From contig CBDCTJ010000007.1 of the NCBI GenBank assembly GCA_965222115.1, positions 448,001 to 512,000 of the forward strand: a stretch of 64,000 bases of DNA, in the 5' to 3' direction. This DNA is from Planctomycetota bacterium. Its GTDB lineage: Bacteria > Planctomycetota > PLA2 > JAEUHO01. Shown piece after piece: positions 10,301 through 20,508 of this stretch. The notes beneath the pieces were generated by a model that was not told the DNA's origin, searched no databases, and saw only the letters and a list, made by a program, of their open reading frames with translations. Each line of letters starts with the position of its first letter. Position 1 is the stretch's first letter. The position numbers were made by a program, and so were the translations under genes.

Positions 10301-13123
10301 CTACCGCGGCGTCAACTCGATTGGTGCCGAACCACCGGCAGGTAGCGTTGCTGCGCCGCGCACTCGTTGCTTATTGAGGTCCCAGATTTCGACCTCGATG
10401 CGCCAGGTTCCGGGCGGCAACCCTTCCACAACGTACTCGCGACGTTCCGTGTCTACGCGTCCCGTGATACGCAACGGCGCGCCGCCTGTGCGCGTGGCAA
10501 AGACTGACGCAAGCTTGTGCCTTGCTGGAAGTTGACCGTGAAGCGGACCGCGAATGGTTGCACCCGTGGCGGCTGTGACGGTGAGTTCACCTTCGGTGCC
10601 CCATACGTCGCCGTGATAAAGGAAGCGGCCTTTGCCGAGCGGCGCCCAAAGTGTGTAGTGTTCGCCGATGCGCATGCGTTTGAATGTGACGCTGGTGCCG
10701 CCGGGGCGCAACGCGGCGCGCAACCGAATGCCGTCGGCGCTTCGTAAGAGTTGGAGATGAATCCACTCGCTGCGCTCTTCTACGCCGCGCACATGAACTG
10801 TAAGCGCGCCCGTTCTCTTAAGCTCCGGTGCTTCGGGTACCTCGGGTACCTCGGGCCCCGGAGCAGCCGCGGGTGTGGGCTCGTTCTTGGACACCGCACG
10901 CGTAGAGGGTGTCCTTGCGCGCGGCGGAATCGCGGTCAAGGGAAGCGACTCAAGATCATTGGCTGGTGCCACCGGCGGATTGGATTCACGACGTAGCACG
11001 CGTGGTTCACCCCGTGCAGCAGCAATCGATGGCATGTCCACGTCCAACGGTGTGAGATCATCCGGAGGTATGGCGGGCTTACGTGTCGCCGTTGCATCCG
11101 GCGTAGGTTCTTGCGTAGATGGGGGGACGGTGTCTTCAGACGCATCCGTAGGGTTAAGCGATTGGCCGGGCGAGTGGTCGAGTGCAAGGTCGAGACGAAC
11201 CTCAGATCCCGTAGATGTTGCGACGACCGACTCGCTTGCAACGACGTGGAAGGGTCCTTCTGCACGCACCTGATACGAGAGTCCGGTCACCAAACCGCGC
11301 AGCGTGAAGCGACCGCGCGCATCCGTCACGGTGGACGTCCGCAACACGCGCGCTATAGCCGTGGGGACTTCCTCCGCACTCGCTCCGACCAAGCAAGAGG
11401 GCACGGGTGTGCCCTGCGCGTAACGCACGACGCCGCGCACTACCGTGGTCGGCCTAACATCAAGGCGCCACTCGTGTTGACCGCGCGAGGTCAAAGTGCG
11501 CACGGGCGTGAGCGTGGCCGAAAGCGAATCGTTCGACATCTTGCTCGCCATTAGCGACGTGTATCGCTTGTCGTGTGCAAAGACAAACGCTCCGCCAATC
11601 GGCACACCCGTGATGAGGTAGTGTCCGTCATTATCGGAAACGCCTGAACGCATTCGTTCCGCACCCATGACGGCATCGCCACCGTCCTGCGGGACAACGT
11701 GAACGCGTACACCGGCGACCGTCTTCTCGTTGCCCGCGCGGTGCACCTTGCCAAAGACACGAGCACCTTCCACAAGTTCGATGACACGCGCGCCGCCCGC
11801 CTCAAGCGCGTCGGCATCGAGCACCAACGGTCCATAGCCGGGTGCGCTTACAAAGAGTCCCGCGCGCGCATTGCGCCACGGCATGGCGTAACGCCCGTTG
11901 CGGTCAGTCGCTGCGCGAATCACCGTGAGGCCGCTATCGAAGTCGCCAATCCCCGCATGGAGCACCGCACCCGGAATCGGCTCCTTGGTAAGCGCATCCA
12001 AGACACGCCCCTGTACCCCACCGGCAAAGGATGGAATCTTAAACTCGTAGGTTCCTTTTATGGGAAGCGCGCGGCGAGGTCCGAGCACGCGTACGTGTTC
12101 ACGTAGTCGCACGCTCACAACGACGTCGTGTCCCGCCACGTGGGGGACCAAAAAAGTCCCGTCCGGTTTGGTCTTGGTCGTTTGCGCGGCGTCCAATAAT
12201 GCCAATGGACCCGAGCGCGTGCTGCGCGGCATCACGGTGACAACGCCAACGAACGGACGTCCGTCGGGAAACACCACACGACCGCGAAGCGGCGCAAGCG
12301 TCTTGGGGCGCGGCGTGCGAACCTCGCGAGTAATTCGATCGGCTGAGAGACCCACCGCATGTCGAATCGATATGCCGTCCGACCACGCGGTCTCCACCTG
12401 GTACACACCCGCGGGTAGCTCTGCAAACGTCGCCACTTCACTCACGGGGGTCGTTGACTGTGTCGGACGAAATGCCGTGGCACCGCCCTCAAGCAGCAAT
12501 GACAAAAGGGAGCGCGCCGTTACATCCGCGGATGTCGGATTCTCGCCCAAGGGGCGAATCGCAACATGCTTGACCTGCATGCCGAGCACGGTGGGTACGT
12601 GCACGCGCAACGTACACCCCCCCCCTGCGGGCAAGTCAACGTCACGCGGTGCGGTGTCTGCAACTGGTGCGAGATCATCCATCGCACCGGCTGTATGCGG
12701 GGCGTCTTCTTTGATGGAAGCGCCGACGGGAGCATCCTCGGAAGACACGTCGTTGCTAGGCGCAAGGTTCACCACATCTGTTTCGCCTGCATCCGTGTTG
12801 ACAGGTTCAGCGGGTTCGGGCACCACCGATTCCTGATCGCTTGTGATTGCGGGCGGTGTTGCAACCTTCGAAACGGATTCGCTCGGAACGCGAGTAGGTG
12901 TGGACGCACGCGTGCGACGGCCCCGAGGAATCACACCGCCACTTCCCGGCGGTATGACGTCGTGCATGTCTACATCGACGAATGCGTCGTTGCCGCCGCG
13001 GGTGGACGCAGGCGTAAAGCCACTACTGAAGTCGGGCTCGGGCTCTTTGCCACATGAGTTGAGAGTTACATATCCCGCTACACAAACCAGGGCCAATGCA
13101 ATGAGCAGGGGCCACGATCGCAT
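10301..13123 (-). CDS. Anchored protein with carboxypeptidase-regulatory-like (beta-sandwich) domains and Pro-rich linkers
   Basis: Repeated GRVxD..PxxGA...TDxxGxY/F modules. ATG 13123 follows GAGGA; hydrophobic N-terminus. Confidence 0.7.
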   Translation of the reverse strand: MRSWPLLIALALVCVAGYVTLNSCGKEPEPDFSSGFTPASTRGGNDAFVDVDMHDVIPPGSGGVIPRGRRTRASTPTRVPSESVSKVATPPAITSDQESVVPEPAEPVNTDAGETDVVNLAPSNDVSSEDAPVGASIKEDAPHTAGAMDDLAPVADTAPRDVDLPAGGGCTLRVHVPTVLGMQVKHVAIRPLGENPTSADVTARSLLSLLLEGGATAFRPTQSTTPVSEVATFAELPAGVYQVETAWSDGISIRHAVGLSADRITREVRTPRPKTLAPLRGRVVFPDGRPFVGVVTVMPRSTRSGPLALLDAAQTTKTKPDGTFLVPHVAGHDVVVSVRLREHVRVLGPRRALPIKGTYEFKIPSFAGGVQGRVLDALTKEPIPGAVLHAGIGDFDSGLTVIRAATDRNGRYAMPWRNARAGLFVSAPGYGPLVLDADALEAGGARVIELVEGARVFGKVHRAGNEKTVAGVRVHVVPQDGGDAVMGAERMRSGVSDNDGHYLITGVPIGGAFVFAHDKRYTSLMASKMSNDSLSATLTPVRTLTSRGQHEWRLDVRPTTVVRGVVRYAQGTPVPSCLVGASAEEVPTAIARVLRTSTVTDARGRFTLRGLVTGLSYQVRAEGPFHVVASESVVATSTGSEVRLDLALDHSPGQSLNPTDASEDTVPPSTQEPTPDATATRKPAIPPDDLTPLDVDMPSIAAARGEPRVLRRESNPPVAPANDLESLPLTAIPPRARTPSTRAVSKNEPTPAAAPGPEVPEVPEAPELKRTGALTVHVRGVEERSEWIHLQLLRSADGIRLRAALRPGGTSVTFKRMRIGEHYTLWAPLGKGRFLYHGDVWGTEGELTVTAATGATIRGPLHGQLPARHKLASVFATRTGGAPLRITGRVDTERREYVVEGLPPGTWRIEVEIWDLNKQRVRGAATLPAGGSAPIELTPR

Positions 13124-13231
13124 GTCATTCCTCGCTCGGCGTATACACGTCACACGCGTTCAAACCGTGTGCTTGGCCAAGGCGGCCGCCCCTCTAACGT
13201 ACTACGAACTCGGCTCTCGCAAGCCAACCCA

Positions 13232-13336
13232 CGCGCCACAGAAACCAGGTATTTTTGGCGCACGCGCTGCGCCCCGTGGCCCGGAGAGCCCAAGCACATG
13301 GCAGGTGCGCCACAGATACCAGGTATTTTTGGCGCA
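13232..13336. repeat. Pair of 31-bp imperfect palindromes (REP-like)
   Basis: CGCGCCACAGAAACCAGGTATTTTTGGCGCA (13232-13262) and TGCGCCACAGATACCAGGTATTTTTGGCGCA (13306-13336); homologous to the pair at 22446-22533. Confidence 0.8.
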
Positions 13337-13340
13337 GGGA

Positions 13341-14441
13341 CTAGATGGGCGCAGGCTCTGGGTTGGTGTCGTCGTCGGTCATCTTGCGCCACAGGCCGCT
13401 CAGCGAATCGCCGACCGCGCCGAGGATTTTGCCGGGCAAACGAAGCACCCCGCCACCCACGGTCTTGATGACCTCGGTAACTACGTCCTTCGAAAAGCCA
13501 GCGGCCTCCTTGAGTGCCCCCGAGATGGCATCCACGGTGTTCGGTTCTTTCCACGAAGAGAACGCGCGGCAACGCGCCTTGGCGAGATGGCCGATGCGCA
13601 ATGTCGCGACAGCATTCACACCACCGTCCAGCAGTGGCGCGGCCACAAGCCCCACGTGTTTGCCAAACATGCCACCGATGGCTTGCCCTGCCATGTCGGT
13701 GAGATCTTGCAGGTACGCGCTGGCAATCGTTGCGGCCGAGACATCGCGCAAGATGCTAAGCGTGCCGCGCACACCAGGACGTCCGTAGTAGATCTTGCCC
13801 AAGTGGCTCACGAGATTGCAGTTGCGCCACAACACAAAGAACGCGTCGATGGTCCCATTCCACGAAACAGCGGTGGCAATGCCCACGGCGAGCGCTTCTT
13901 TGCGAATGATCTCTCGCGCCTGGCGATCCAGCGGTTCCAACAGTCGATTGACGGTGCCGCGTTCAAGCGCCATGACCTCTTTATGAAGCACCTTCATGGA
14001 CGCGGCGTCACGACTCGCCTTTGAAGCGCGCTCACTGAGCGCAGTGATTTCTTGCCGCGCACGATCCACCGAATCTTGTGTGCCTTCCCACAGCGGATTC
14101 TTGGGCAAGGCGGCCACGTACGAATCGGCAAAGCGCAAATAGCGCACCACATCGCGCGGTGTGCGTTCGGCGGCGGGGGGCAAATCAGGCGGGCGCACCA
14201 CCACCGGCATGCGCATGAAGCGATAGATGGGACGACCCACAAACCACACAAAGGCCGCCATGAAGACGAGCAAGAACCCCACGCCGAGCCAGGGGTGGGT
14301 GTCGGCCATGAATCGATAGAGCTCGGCCACGCGAAACGCGAGGAACACGAGCATGACGCCAATCAGGCCGTAGCTTGCGAAGCGAACAAAACGAAAGATC
14401 CGGCGCAAGAGCACACCGAAGTCTTTGAGTGGCGCGGCCAT
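13341..14441 (-). CDS. YcjF-like / DUF697 membrane protein
   Basis: Two N-terminal TMs; LEPLDRQAREII...TAVS...DAFFVLWRN...YYGRPG...GVNAVATLRIG pattern. Confidence 0.7.
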   Translation of the reverse strand: MAAPLKDFGVLLRRIFRFVRFASYGLIGVMLVFLAFRVAELYRFMADTHPWLGVGFLLVFMAAFVWFVGRPIYRFMRMPVVVRPPDLPPAAERTPRDVVRYLRFADSYVAALPKNPLWEGTQDSVDRARQEITALSERASKASRDAASMKVLHKEVMALERGTVNRLLEPLDRQAREIIRKEALAVGIATAVSWNGTIDAFFVLWRNCNLVSHLGKIYYGRPGVRGTLSILRDVSAATIASAYLQDLTDMAGQAIGGMFGKHVGLVAAPLLDGGVNAVATLRIGHLAKARCRAFSSWKEPNTVDAISGALKEAAGFSKDVVTEVIKTVGGGVLRLPGKILGAVGDSLSGLWRKMTDDDTNPEPAPI

Positions 14442-14504
14442 GGCGGATCCTCCAGCGGGTCCGCCTTCAGTATTGCGTGGGAAGGAGGCCCCGCGGCCTC
14501 TTCA

Positions 14505-15689
14505 TTACTCGGTTGGTTCGGCCCAGTCGACTACGAAGACATTTGTTTCGTTGGGCTTCTTGTTGAAGCGATTGCTGCAGAAGACCAGTTTCTTGCCGTC
14601 TCGCGTGAACATCGGGAACCCGTCAAAATCGTCGGAGCGACGCGCGCCCTCACGCTTCCGCGTGAAATACGTGACACGCTCGGTCTTACGCGTATCGACA
14701 TGAACCAAGTAGAGTTCAAAGTTGCCGCTCTTGGGATCGTGCATGTTCGAACTAAAGATGATGCGCTTACCGTCGGGATGCCAAAATGGGCCGAAGTTGG
14801 CGGCGCCGTTGTTGGTGAGCATCTTCTTGTTGCCACCATCTTCGTCGGCAATCCAAATCTCCAGACGGCTGGGACGCACCAACTGTCGTTCGAGCAATGT
14901 CTTGAACTCCTTGGCGTCAAAGCCATCACGTGACGGCGCACGCCACACGATCTTTTTTCCGTCCCATGAGTAAAACGCGCCGCCGTCATACCCCGGCGCA
15001 TTGGTCACACGCTGCACATCCGACCCATCAAGCTTCATGGTGTAGACATCAAGATCGCCATCGCGTGCGGAGGTAAACACCATGCGGTGGCCCGTGGGCG
15101 AAACCGTAGCCTCGGCGTCGTACTTGGGGGAATCGGTCAAGCGCTTGACATCACTGCCATCGGGCAGGGCCGTGAAGATGTCGTAGGTGTGAAAGATGGG
15201 CCATACATAACCAAGGGAGCGGTCATGGGCGGGCTTCTTCGGCGGGGCCTTGCCGCCCAAGTGTGTGGACGCATACACGATGCGCTTGTCACCCGGCAAG
15301 TAGTAGGCACAGGTCGTACGGCCGTGGCCGGTGCTCACCATCTTCACGTTCTTCCCGTCAGCGTCCATGGTGAAGATCTGATCCGCGGTGAGTTTGCCGC
15401 GCGTGGATTGAAAGATGAGCCGCTTTTCGTCAAACGACCAATAGGCTTCAGCGTTCTCGCCGCCATCCGTTAGTTGCGTAACGGTCTTGAAGTAGCGCTC
15501 GCCCGGAAAGGGTTTGCGCGACAGCCCCACAGAGGAAGCTTCGGCCTGCTTGGCGGGCTCCTTCGTTTTGGCGTTCGCGGTCGGGGCATCTTCACCAAAC
15601 GTCGGAGGCACCACGGCCGCCAGACCAACACCAACAAGCGCAATCAGCGCAAGCGACCAACGGACAGCGGGACGATGAAGCGTTTGCAT
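14505..15689 (-). CDS. TolB-like PD40 beta-propeller exported protein
   Basis: QLTDGGENAEAYWS, GRTTCAYY, YDAEATVSP, PGYDGGAF, FDGFPMF. ATG 15689 follows GAGG; signal peptide. Confidence 0.85.
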   Translation of the reverse strand: MQTLHRPAVRWSLALIALVGVGLAAVVPPTFGEDAPTANAKTKEPAKQAEASSVGLSRKPFPGERYFKTVTQLTDGGENAEAYWSFDEKRLIFQSTRGKLTADQIFTMDADGKNVKMVSTGHGRTTCAYYLPGDKRIVYASTHLGGKAPPKKPAHDRSLGYVWPIFHTYDIFTALPDGSDVKRLTDSPKYDAEATVSPTGHRMVFTSARDGDLDVYTMKLDGSDVQRVTNAPGYDGGAFYSWDGKKIVWRAPSRDGFDAKEFKTLLERQLVRPSRLEIWIADEDGGNKKMLTNNGAANFGPFWHPDGKRIIFSSNMHDPKSGNFELYLVHVDTRKTERVTYFTRKREGARRSDDFDGFPMFTRDGKKLVFCSNRFNKKPNETNVFVVDWAEPTE

Positions 15690-15786
15690 GGCGAACCTCG
15701 GGAGCGTGAGACGATGGTGGGGCGTGATTATGTCCAGAGCCTTAGCAAATCGGGGCATATAGCGAACGTGAAACGGGAGACGGCGC

Positions 15787-16479
15787 ATGGACCGCGAGGA
15801 CTTTGAGGCCGAACTGAATGCCGCCTGGAAGGCGCTTGATGCAGGCCAGCAAGATGGAATCCGCGAGTTGGTCGTAATCGAGGAGTCGCGGACCCATCCC
15901 CTGCTGCCCAGCTACAGCGTGCCGTGGCTTGGCGGATTGGGACACGGACCGGACGACACCTTGCGAGAGCCCTACCGCGAGGGCGAACTCTGGTTTTCAT
16001 GGCCGGGATACTCGACGTCGCCGCTGGCAAATCAGTCCGACGGACTACCGCGCCTGTTGCGCTCCGTTGTATTCGATCATCACGCTACGCGCTTGGCCTA
16101 CACCGAACACGCGAAGGACGAGGACCGGTTCGCGGCCCACGCCTGTTTCAGACGAGATGAACCCCTCTACGACGGTTGGTACCGAAGCGCCGAAATACTC
16201 GCACCCCTAACCTGGACGATCGACTTGGATCTCTTCGTCGAGTTATCACTTCCGCGCGAAACCTACGGCACCTTTAGGCAGCAGATCACTTTGACCGTTC
16301 TCGGAATTGAACACAAGGTCGCCATACCTGATGACTGGATGAGCACGCTCGATGAAGACAACTTCGTGCTCACCCTTGAAGGCGCGGGCCTCATTGATGG
16401 CGACACCGAACAGGGAAACGAAGACGCGTTGGCCGACGCCACAACCGGGAACTTAAACCTTATGCTTTGTCTATACTGA
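15787..16479 (+). CDS. Hypothetical acidic protein
   Basis: 230-aa ORF with GGAG RBS; no family recognised. Confidence 0.55.
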   Translation: MDREDFEAELNAAWKALDAGQQDGIRELVVIEESRTHPLLPSYSVPWLGGLGHGPDDTLREPYREGELWFSWPGYSTSPLANQSDGLPRLLRSVVFDHHATRLAYTEHAKDEDRFAAHACFRRDEPLYDGWYRSAEILAPLTWTIDLDLFVELSLPRETYGTFRQQITLTVLGIEHKVAIPDDWMSTLDEDNFVLTLEGAGLIDGDTEQGNEDALADATTGNLNLMLCLY

Positions 16480-16510
16480 CGCATGTTGACTACGGCTACT
16501 TGGAGACGCC

Positions 16511-16786
16511 ATGGGTTGGATTCGCACACTCTTTCTTGGCGATATAGGCAATCGACTGGACATTGGCGACGCCGAACGCTCGATTGCACGCCTACGGGAA
16601 AATCTACAACGTGCAAAGAGCATCGACCGCACGCAGGACGAGCGCTTGGATGCCCTTGAGCAAGAGAACTACGATCTGAAGCTCGCGTTCGCTGCGTTGA
16701 CAGATCTACTGGTGCGCCACAACGTTCTCACCCAAGAAGATGTGGAATCCACGTTTACGTTCGTGGATGAGGCGTCTAACCTGTAG
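16511..16786 (+). CDS. Hypothetical coiled-coil protein
   Basis: GGAG RBS; 91 aa with a heptad pattern. Confidence 0.65.
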   Translation: MGWIRTLFLGDIGNRLDIGDAERSIARLRENLQRAKSIDRTQDERLDALEQENYDLKLAFAALTDLLVRHNVLTQEDVESTFTFVDEASNL

Positions 16787-16824
16787 TACAGGACTCGACG
16801 GGCGGACGAGGCTTGGATGCTTGC

Positions 16825-17217
16825 CTACGCGGCGCCGAGCGCCTCGAGGGCGGTCTCGACGCTCTGGCTGCGGCGCAGCAAGGCATCGACGCCGAGGATC
16901 GAAAGCGTACTTGCCACACGACGATGGAGGCCGACCAAGACGAAGGCCTTGCCGGCTTGACTGGCGTCGCGGTGAATCTGAATCAGCGCGCCAATCGCGC
17001 TCGAAGGCAGCATCGTGTGACCGCCCAAGTTGAGGATCACGGCGCGGGCGGAACCGGCGAGCGCCTCACCGGCCGTCTTTTCAAGATTGGCGAGGCTTCG
17101 GGGAAGCAGGAGGTCTTCCCCCGGCGACAACACGAGCACGTCATTGATGTGTTCAAGGGTCATGATGGCCTCTGAGGCGTTGGTTGCCTCTGAAGATGGG
17201 GTGGTGTTGGTTGGCAT
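16825..17217 (-). CDS. STAS-domain protein (anti-sigma antagonist-like)
   Basis: VILNLGGHTMLPSSAIGALI...LVGL...LSILGV. Start could be 17163. Confidence 0.75.
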   Translation of the reverse strand: MPTNTTPSSEATNASEAIMTLEHINDVLVLSPGEDLLLPRSLANLEKTAGEALAGSARAVILNLGGHTMLPSSAIGALIQIHRDASQAGKAFVLVGLHRRVASTLSILGVDALLRRSQSVETALEALGAA

Positions 17218-17364
17218 GAATACGTTGATTGGTCAGGTGGCTGAGGGGCCAGGGGAATGGCCTTTCTATCGGCATCCGAACAACCCAAGTTGTGCGGCGG
17301 ATAAAAAGACCATGAAGTTACGAGGGGACTACGAAGGCATGGGTCATAGACGCCAATTCCGTAG

Positions 17365-18420
17365 CTAGGGTTCCCTCCATACGAGTTCGGCGTGCTCCCC
17401 GTTGGATAACAGCAGCATGCGTCCCTCGACGTCGTGCGTAAGCGACTGCCACGAGGCGCCTTCCGGCGGTTCCGGTGCAGGCACCGGACGTCCGAGTGTG
17501 GCGGTGCGAAACGGCTGGGGCGGGCGCACGAAAGCCAACGCCCCACGCTTTCCGCCCAAGAGCAATACGAATCGACCGTCATGCCAGCTCAAGTCCATGA
17601 CTTCGGGTTGCGCCATCGGACTGGGATCAATGAAGAAGTAGTCCAGCGGCTGCCCACCGCGATCCATGGCGCGCACCTGAATGCGTGGTGATTTCTTGGA
17701 CGCCATATGGCTTCCGCCGGGCGGCATCTTGGCCGACGGTGTGTCCTTCTTGGCGACGACGTAGAGATCCTCGGTTTTACGCCGGAGATGAACACTCAAT
17801 AAACCGGATATCCCGGGGCCGAAATCGTCCCAATTGAGTTTGTCCTGTTCACGCCGATCGGCGCCGGGAACTACGAACGCGCGTAACAGCGACACACCGC
17901 CAAGTTCTCCGGCGGGCGTTCGCGTGGCATTGCCCCACAGCACGAGACGCTTTTTCCGTTCGGCAACAAACACGGTGCCATTGCCCTGGACGGCTACGTC
18001 CGCGAACGCATACCCTGAGTCAAGAAAGGCGCCCACGCCGTGTCCCGATCGTGCAAGTGCGCCGCGTCCGTTGACCGGACTGGACTCCCGTATGTCCAAT
18101 GGCACCTCGCGCGTGGTAACGGCGCGCGATTGGCCCGCGGGTGTACTGAACACCTGAGCGAGCGGAGCGACGTGCATGACACGTTTGCGCTCGCCCGAAC
18201 AAATTAGGAGGTCGTCGCCTAAGATGGCCATGCCGGTGGCGTTTCGCACGCCCTTCAACTGAATGCGTGTCCATGGCGTTGGCGACTGCCCGCCCACCGG
18301 TGTTTGACTCACCGCGTGGTCCGCATCCCCATTGCCACACCCGGCCATGAGCAAACCGCAGCCGATTGTGATGACCCGCAACAGAACGCGTACGTGGCGT
18401 AAAACGCTACAGACGTTCAT
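17365..18420 (-). CDS. Putative lipoprotein, beta-propeller-like
   Basis: Lipobox MAGC; beta-rich; 4-bp overlap with the folK stop. Confidence 0.6.
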   Translation of the reverse strand: MNVCSVLRHVRVLLRVITIGCGLLMAGCGNGDADHAVSQTPVGGQSPTPWTRIQLKGVRNATGMAILGDDLLICSGERKRVMHVAPLAQVFSTPAGQSRAVTTREVPLDIRESSPVNGRGALARSGHGVGAFLDSGYAFADVAVQGNGTVFVAERKKRLVLWGNATRTPAGELGGVSLLRAFVVPGADRREQDKLNWDDFGPGISGLLSVHLRRKTEDLYVVAKKDTPSAKMPPGGSHMASKKSPRIQVRAMDRGGQPLDYFFIDPSPMAQPEVMDLSWHDGRFVLLLGGKRGALAFVRPPQPFRTATLGRPVPAPEPPEGASWQSLTHDVEGRMLLLSNGEHAELVWREP

Positions 18421-18944
18421 GCGTGATCTCCTTGCTGGCGCGATACGACGTCAATGTCAAACGAAACGGGGGACCACGGTGGCACGAGCTTGGCCGCACG
18501 CGCGCGCAGCGTTTGCTTGGCTTCGCCCACCACCAACTTGGGCATGAGCTCGGCACACGGCACGAAAACATAGTCGGCCGTCGAAAGTTCTGGATCCACC
18601 CACGTCACCCGTTCGCCGTGCGCGCACCAGACGGGGTCCACGTCCAGCGTCCGAGGTGCATACTTGTCGCTACCGCGCACCCGGTCACACAAGAACTCAA
18701 TGTGACGACACGCCATCTTGAGCGCGCGCAAGGGGAGGTCGGTCTCGATCTTCGCGGCAAGATTGAAGAAGTCGGCGCTGCCAGCACTGGGGCCAGCCGC
18801 CTGACTCTGGTAAACGCGCGACACTTCGACGCAGCGGAACCGCTTCTGAATCAAAACGATGGCGCGTGGAATCCAACGCCGCGGCGCAATGTTGGAACCA
18901 ATGGACAACAAGCCGGCGGTTGATTTCGCTTGACGAGAAGGCAC
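18417..18944 (-). CDS. folK: 2-amino-4-hydroxy-6-hydroxymethyldihydropteridine diphosphokinase
   Basis: LSIGSN, SRVYQS, FFNLA, KYAPRTLDVD. GTG 18944 lies directly after the folB stop. Confidence 0.9.
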   Translation of the reverse strand: MPSRQAKSTAGLLSIGSNIAPRRWIPRAIVLIQKRFRCVEVSRVYQSQAAGPSAGSADFFNLAAKIETDLPLRALKMACRHIEFLCDRVRGSDKYAPRTLDVDPVWCAHGERVTWVDPELSTADYVFVPCAELMPKLVVGEAKQTLRARAAKLVPPWSPVSFDIDVVSRQQGDHA

Positions 18945-18945
18945 G

Positions 18946-19326
18946 TTACGCAGCGCCCGTTTCCGTATTGGGCCGCGCGCCGCGCTCCACAACCACACCC
19001 ACTTCCTCACTGAATCGCACGGCGCCGGGCTTGCCGACCCGCAACCGCACCCAAGGAACGCCAAAGTCCTTGCGAATCAAGGCCGCAAGATTATGTGCCA
19101 GTGTCTCCACCAACTTGTACTCGCCCGCTTTTACGTGGGCCATCACCGCCTTAGCAACCGAACGATAATTGATGGCGTCGTCGATGGATTCGGACTTCGC
19201 TGCTACGGCGGCATCCGTAGCCATCTCGATGTCAATCCGAATGGTCTGCTTCTCACGGCGCTCCCAGTCGTTGATGCCGAGAATGGCGCGTATCTCCAGG
19301 CCCTGAATGTAAACCGTGTCGCGCAT
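18946..19326 (-). CDS. folB: Dihydroneopterin aldolase
   Basis: DTVYIQGL...GINDWER..KQ...INY...LVETLA...KPGA; GGAG RBS. Confidence 0.9.
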   Translation of the reverse strand: MRDTVYIQGLEIRAILGINDWERREKQTIRIDIEMATDAAVAAKSESIDDAINYRSVAKAVMAHVKAGEYKLVETLAHNLAALIRKDFGVPWVRLRVGKPGAVRFSEEVGVVVERGARPNTETGAA

Positions 19327-19377
19327 TGAAACTCCACGAGCGTTGCCGGCCACGACGCCGAGCGAATCCCTCACACA

Positions 19378-19923
19378 CTACCTTGAAGGGTGCGGGGCTC
19401 CGTCCGGCGAACGTACGCGCCGCAAGACTACGGGTTGATCCATGTCGCTGCGGTCGATGTGCAACGACACGCCATCACTATCGGCGTCAATGGCGTAAGG
19501 ATGTTCCAGCGCGGAACCTGCCATATGAGTCGTTTGCAGTCGCACGCCGCCCGCAATGGGTGACCACCGTCCCCCGTGGCGCTCCACGGACTTGCCCACG
19601 CGGCGCGCAATGGTGAATTGGCCCTTTGGATCCAAGGTGAGCTTGACGGCAAGTGTCTTCACACGCGCCGTGGCCTCGTCCATCCAGGTGCGCGTCGTAC
19701 GTTGACGCGCGTCCTCAGACAGTGCGCGCAATTTGTCGGCGTGTTGCTCGATGCGCATCGCCACGAAGTCGCGCACATATTCACGACGATCCAAGCGATA
19801 GACTCCGGTATGAGGCGCGTGCGTGTCGTCGTCGCCGCACGCGGAAAGCACAACGGCGCACGCAACGACGATCGCGAGGCAACGCACGCTAGAACTGAAT
19901 CGCGACCACATACCACTTCCCAT
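19378..19923 (-). CDS. Putative lipoprotein
   Basis: Lipobox LSAC after a hydrophobic stretch; start uncertain. Confidence 0.55.
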   Translation of the reverse strand: MGSGMWSRFSSSVRCLAIVVACAVVLSACGDDDTHAPHTGVYRLDRREYVRDFVAMRIEQHADKLRALSEDARQRTTRTWMDEATARVKTLAVKLTLDPKGQFTIARRVGKSVERHGGRWSPIAGGVRLQTTHMAGSALEHPYAIDADSDGVSLHIDRSDMDQPVVLRRVRSPDGAPHPSR

Positions 19924-20374
19924 CGGCCCCCTGCGCCAATCGTAGGGGACGCCACACGTCGCGGGCATCGCGATAGAGAAACTCAAGGTGGCCGCGCGGC
20001 AGTTTGCGGGGTGGGCCGTCCGCAAGCATTCGCGGGGGTTGGCGCTTGGCCATTTGACGGAAACTGGCCGACGTTCGATTCCCCTCCACTTTGGAGAGCG
20101 ACACGGGTGCACGAAACGGGGCACCGGCGCGGCCTGCATCCACCAAGGACACAATCTCAGGCGCCACGGTGCGCCTACACGCGGGCGAAAGCAGACGCTG
20201 AAACGCGGGGTAGTCCCCTTGCTTCATGAGTTCGATGACATGCGCAGCGGTTGCTGCCGCGTCGGTACGATCCAACGTTTTCGCCGAACCGCACGCGGCC
20301 AACAACGCAAGCAGCCCACACCCGTGCATCACAAGCCATGTCAAGCGTGGGTTCGGTTTGGATTTCACGAACAC
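19889..20374 (-). CDS. Putative lipoprotein
   Basis: Lipobox LAAC; start uncertain (20374/20368/20329). Confidence 0.55.
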   Translation of the reverse strand: MFVKSKPNPRLTWLVMHGCGLLALLAACGSAKTLDRTDAAATAAHVIELMKQGDYPAFQRLLSPACRRTVAPEIVSLVDAGRAGAPFRAPVSLSKVEGNRTSASFRQMAKRQPPRMLADGPPRKLPRGHLEFLYRDARDVWRPLRLAQGADGKWYVVAIQF

Positions 20375-20508
20375 AGAGGCTCCAGAACGACGAAACGAAA
20401 GCGTAGCAGTGGCTTACGAAATTCAATGGTCGGTTGTGCGTACGACACGTGCACAAGTTGTGTCTGCCGCCATGGTGGACGACATGTGGACGACGCGCCG
20501 TCGGCCGC

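Noticed and set aside
13232-13336. Repeat-spacer-repeat as a mini CRISPR array (also 22446-22533)
   Set aside because: Only two non-identical units per locus, unequal spacers (43 vs 26 bp), no cas genes or leader; the position after stop codons fits REP-like elements.
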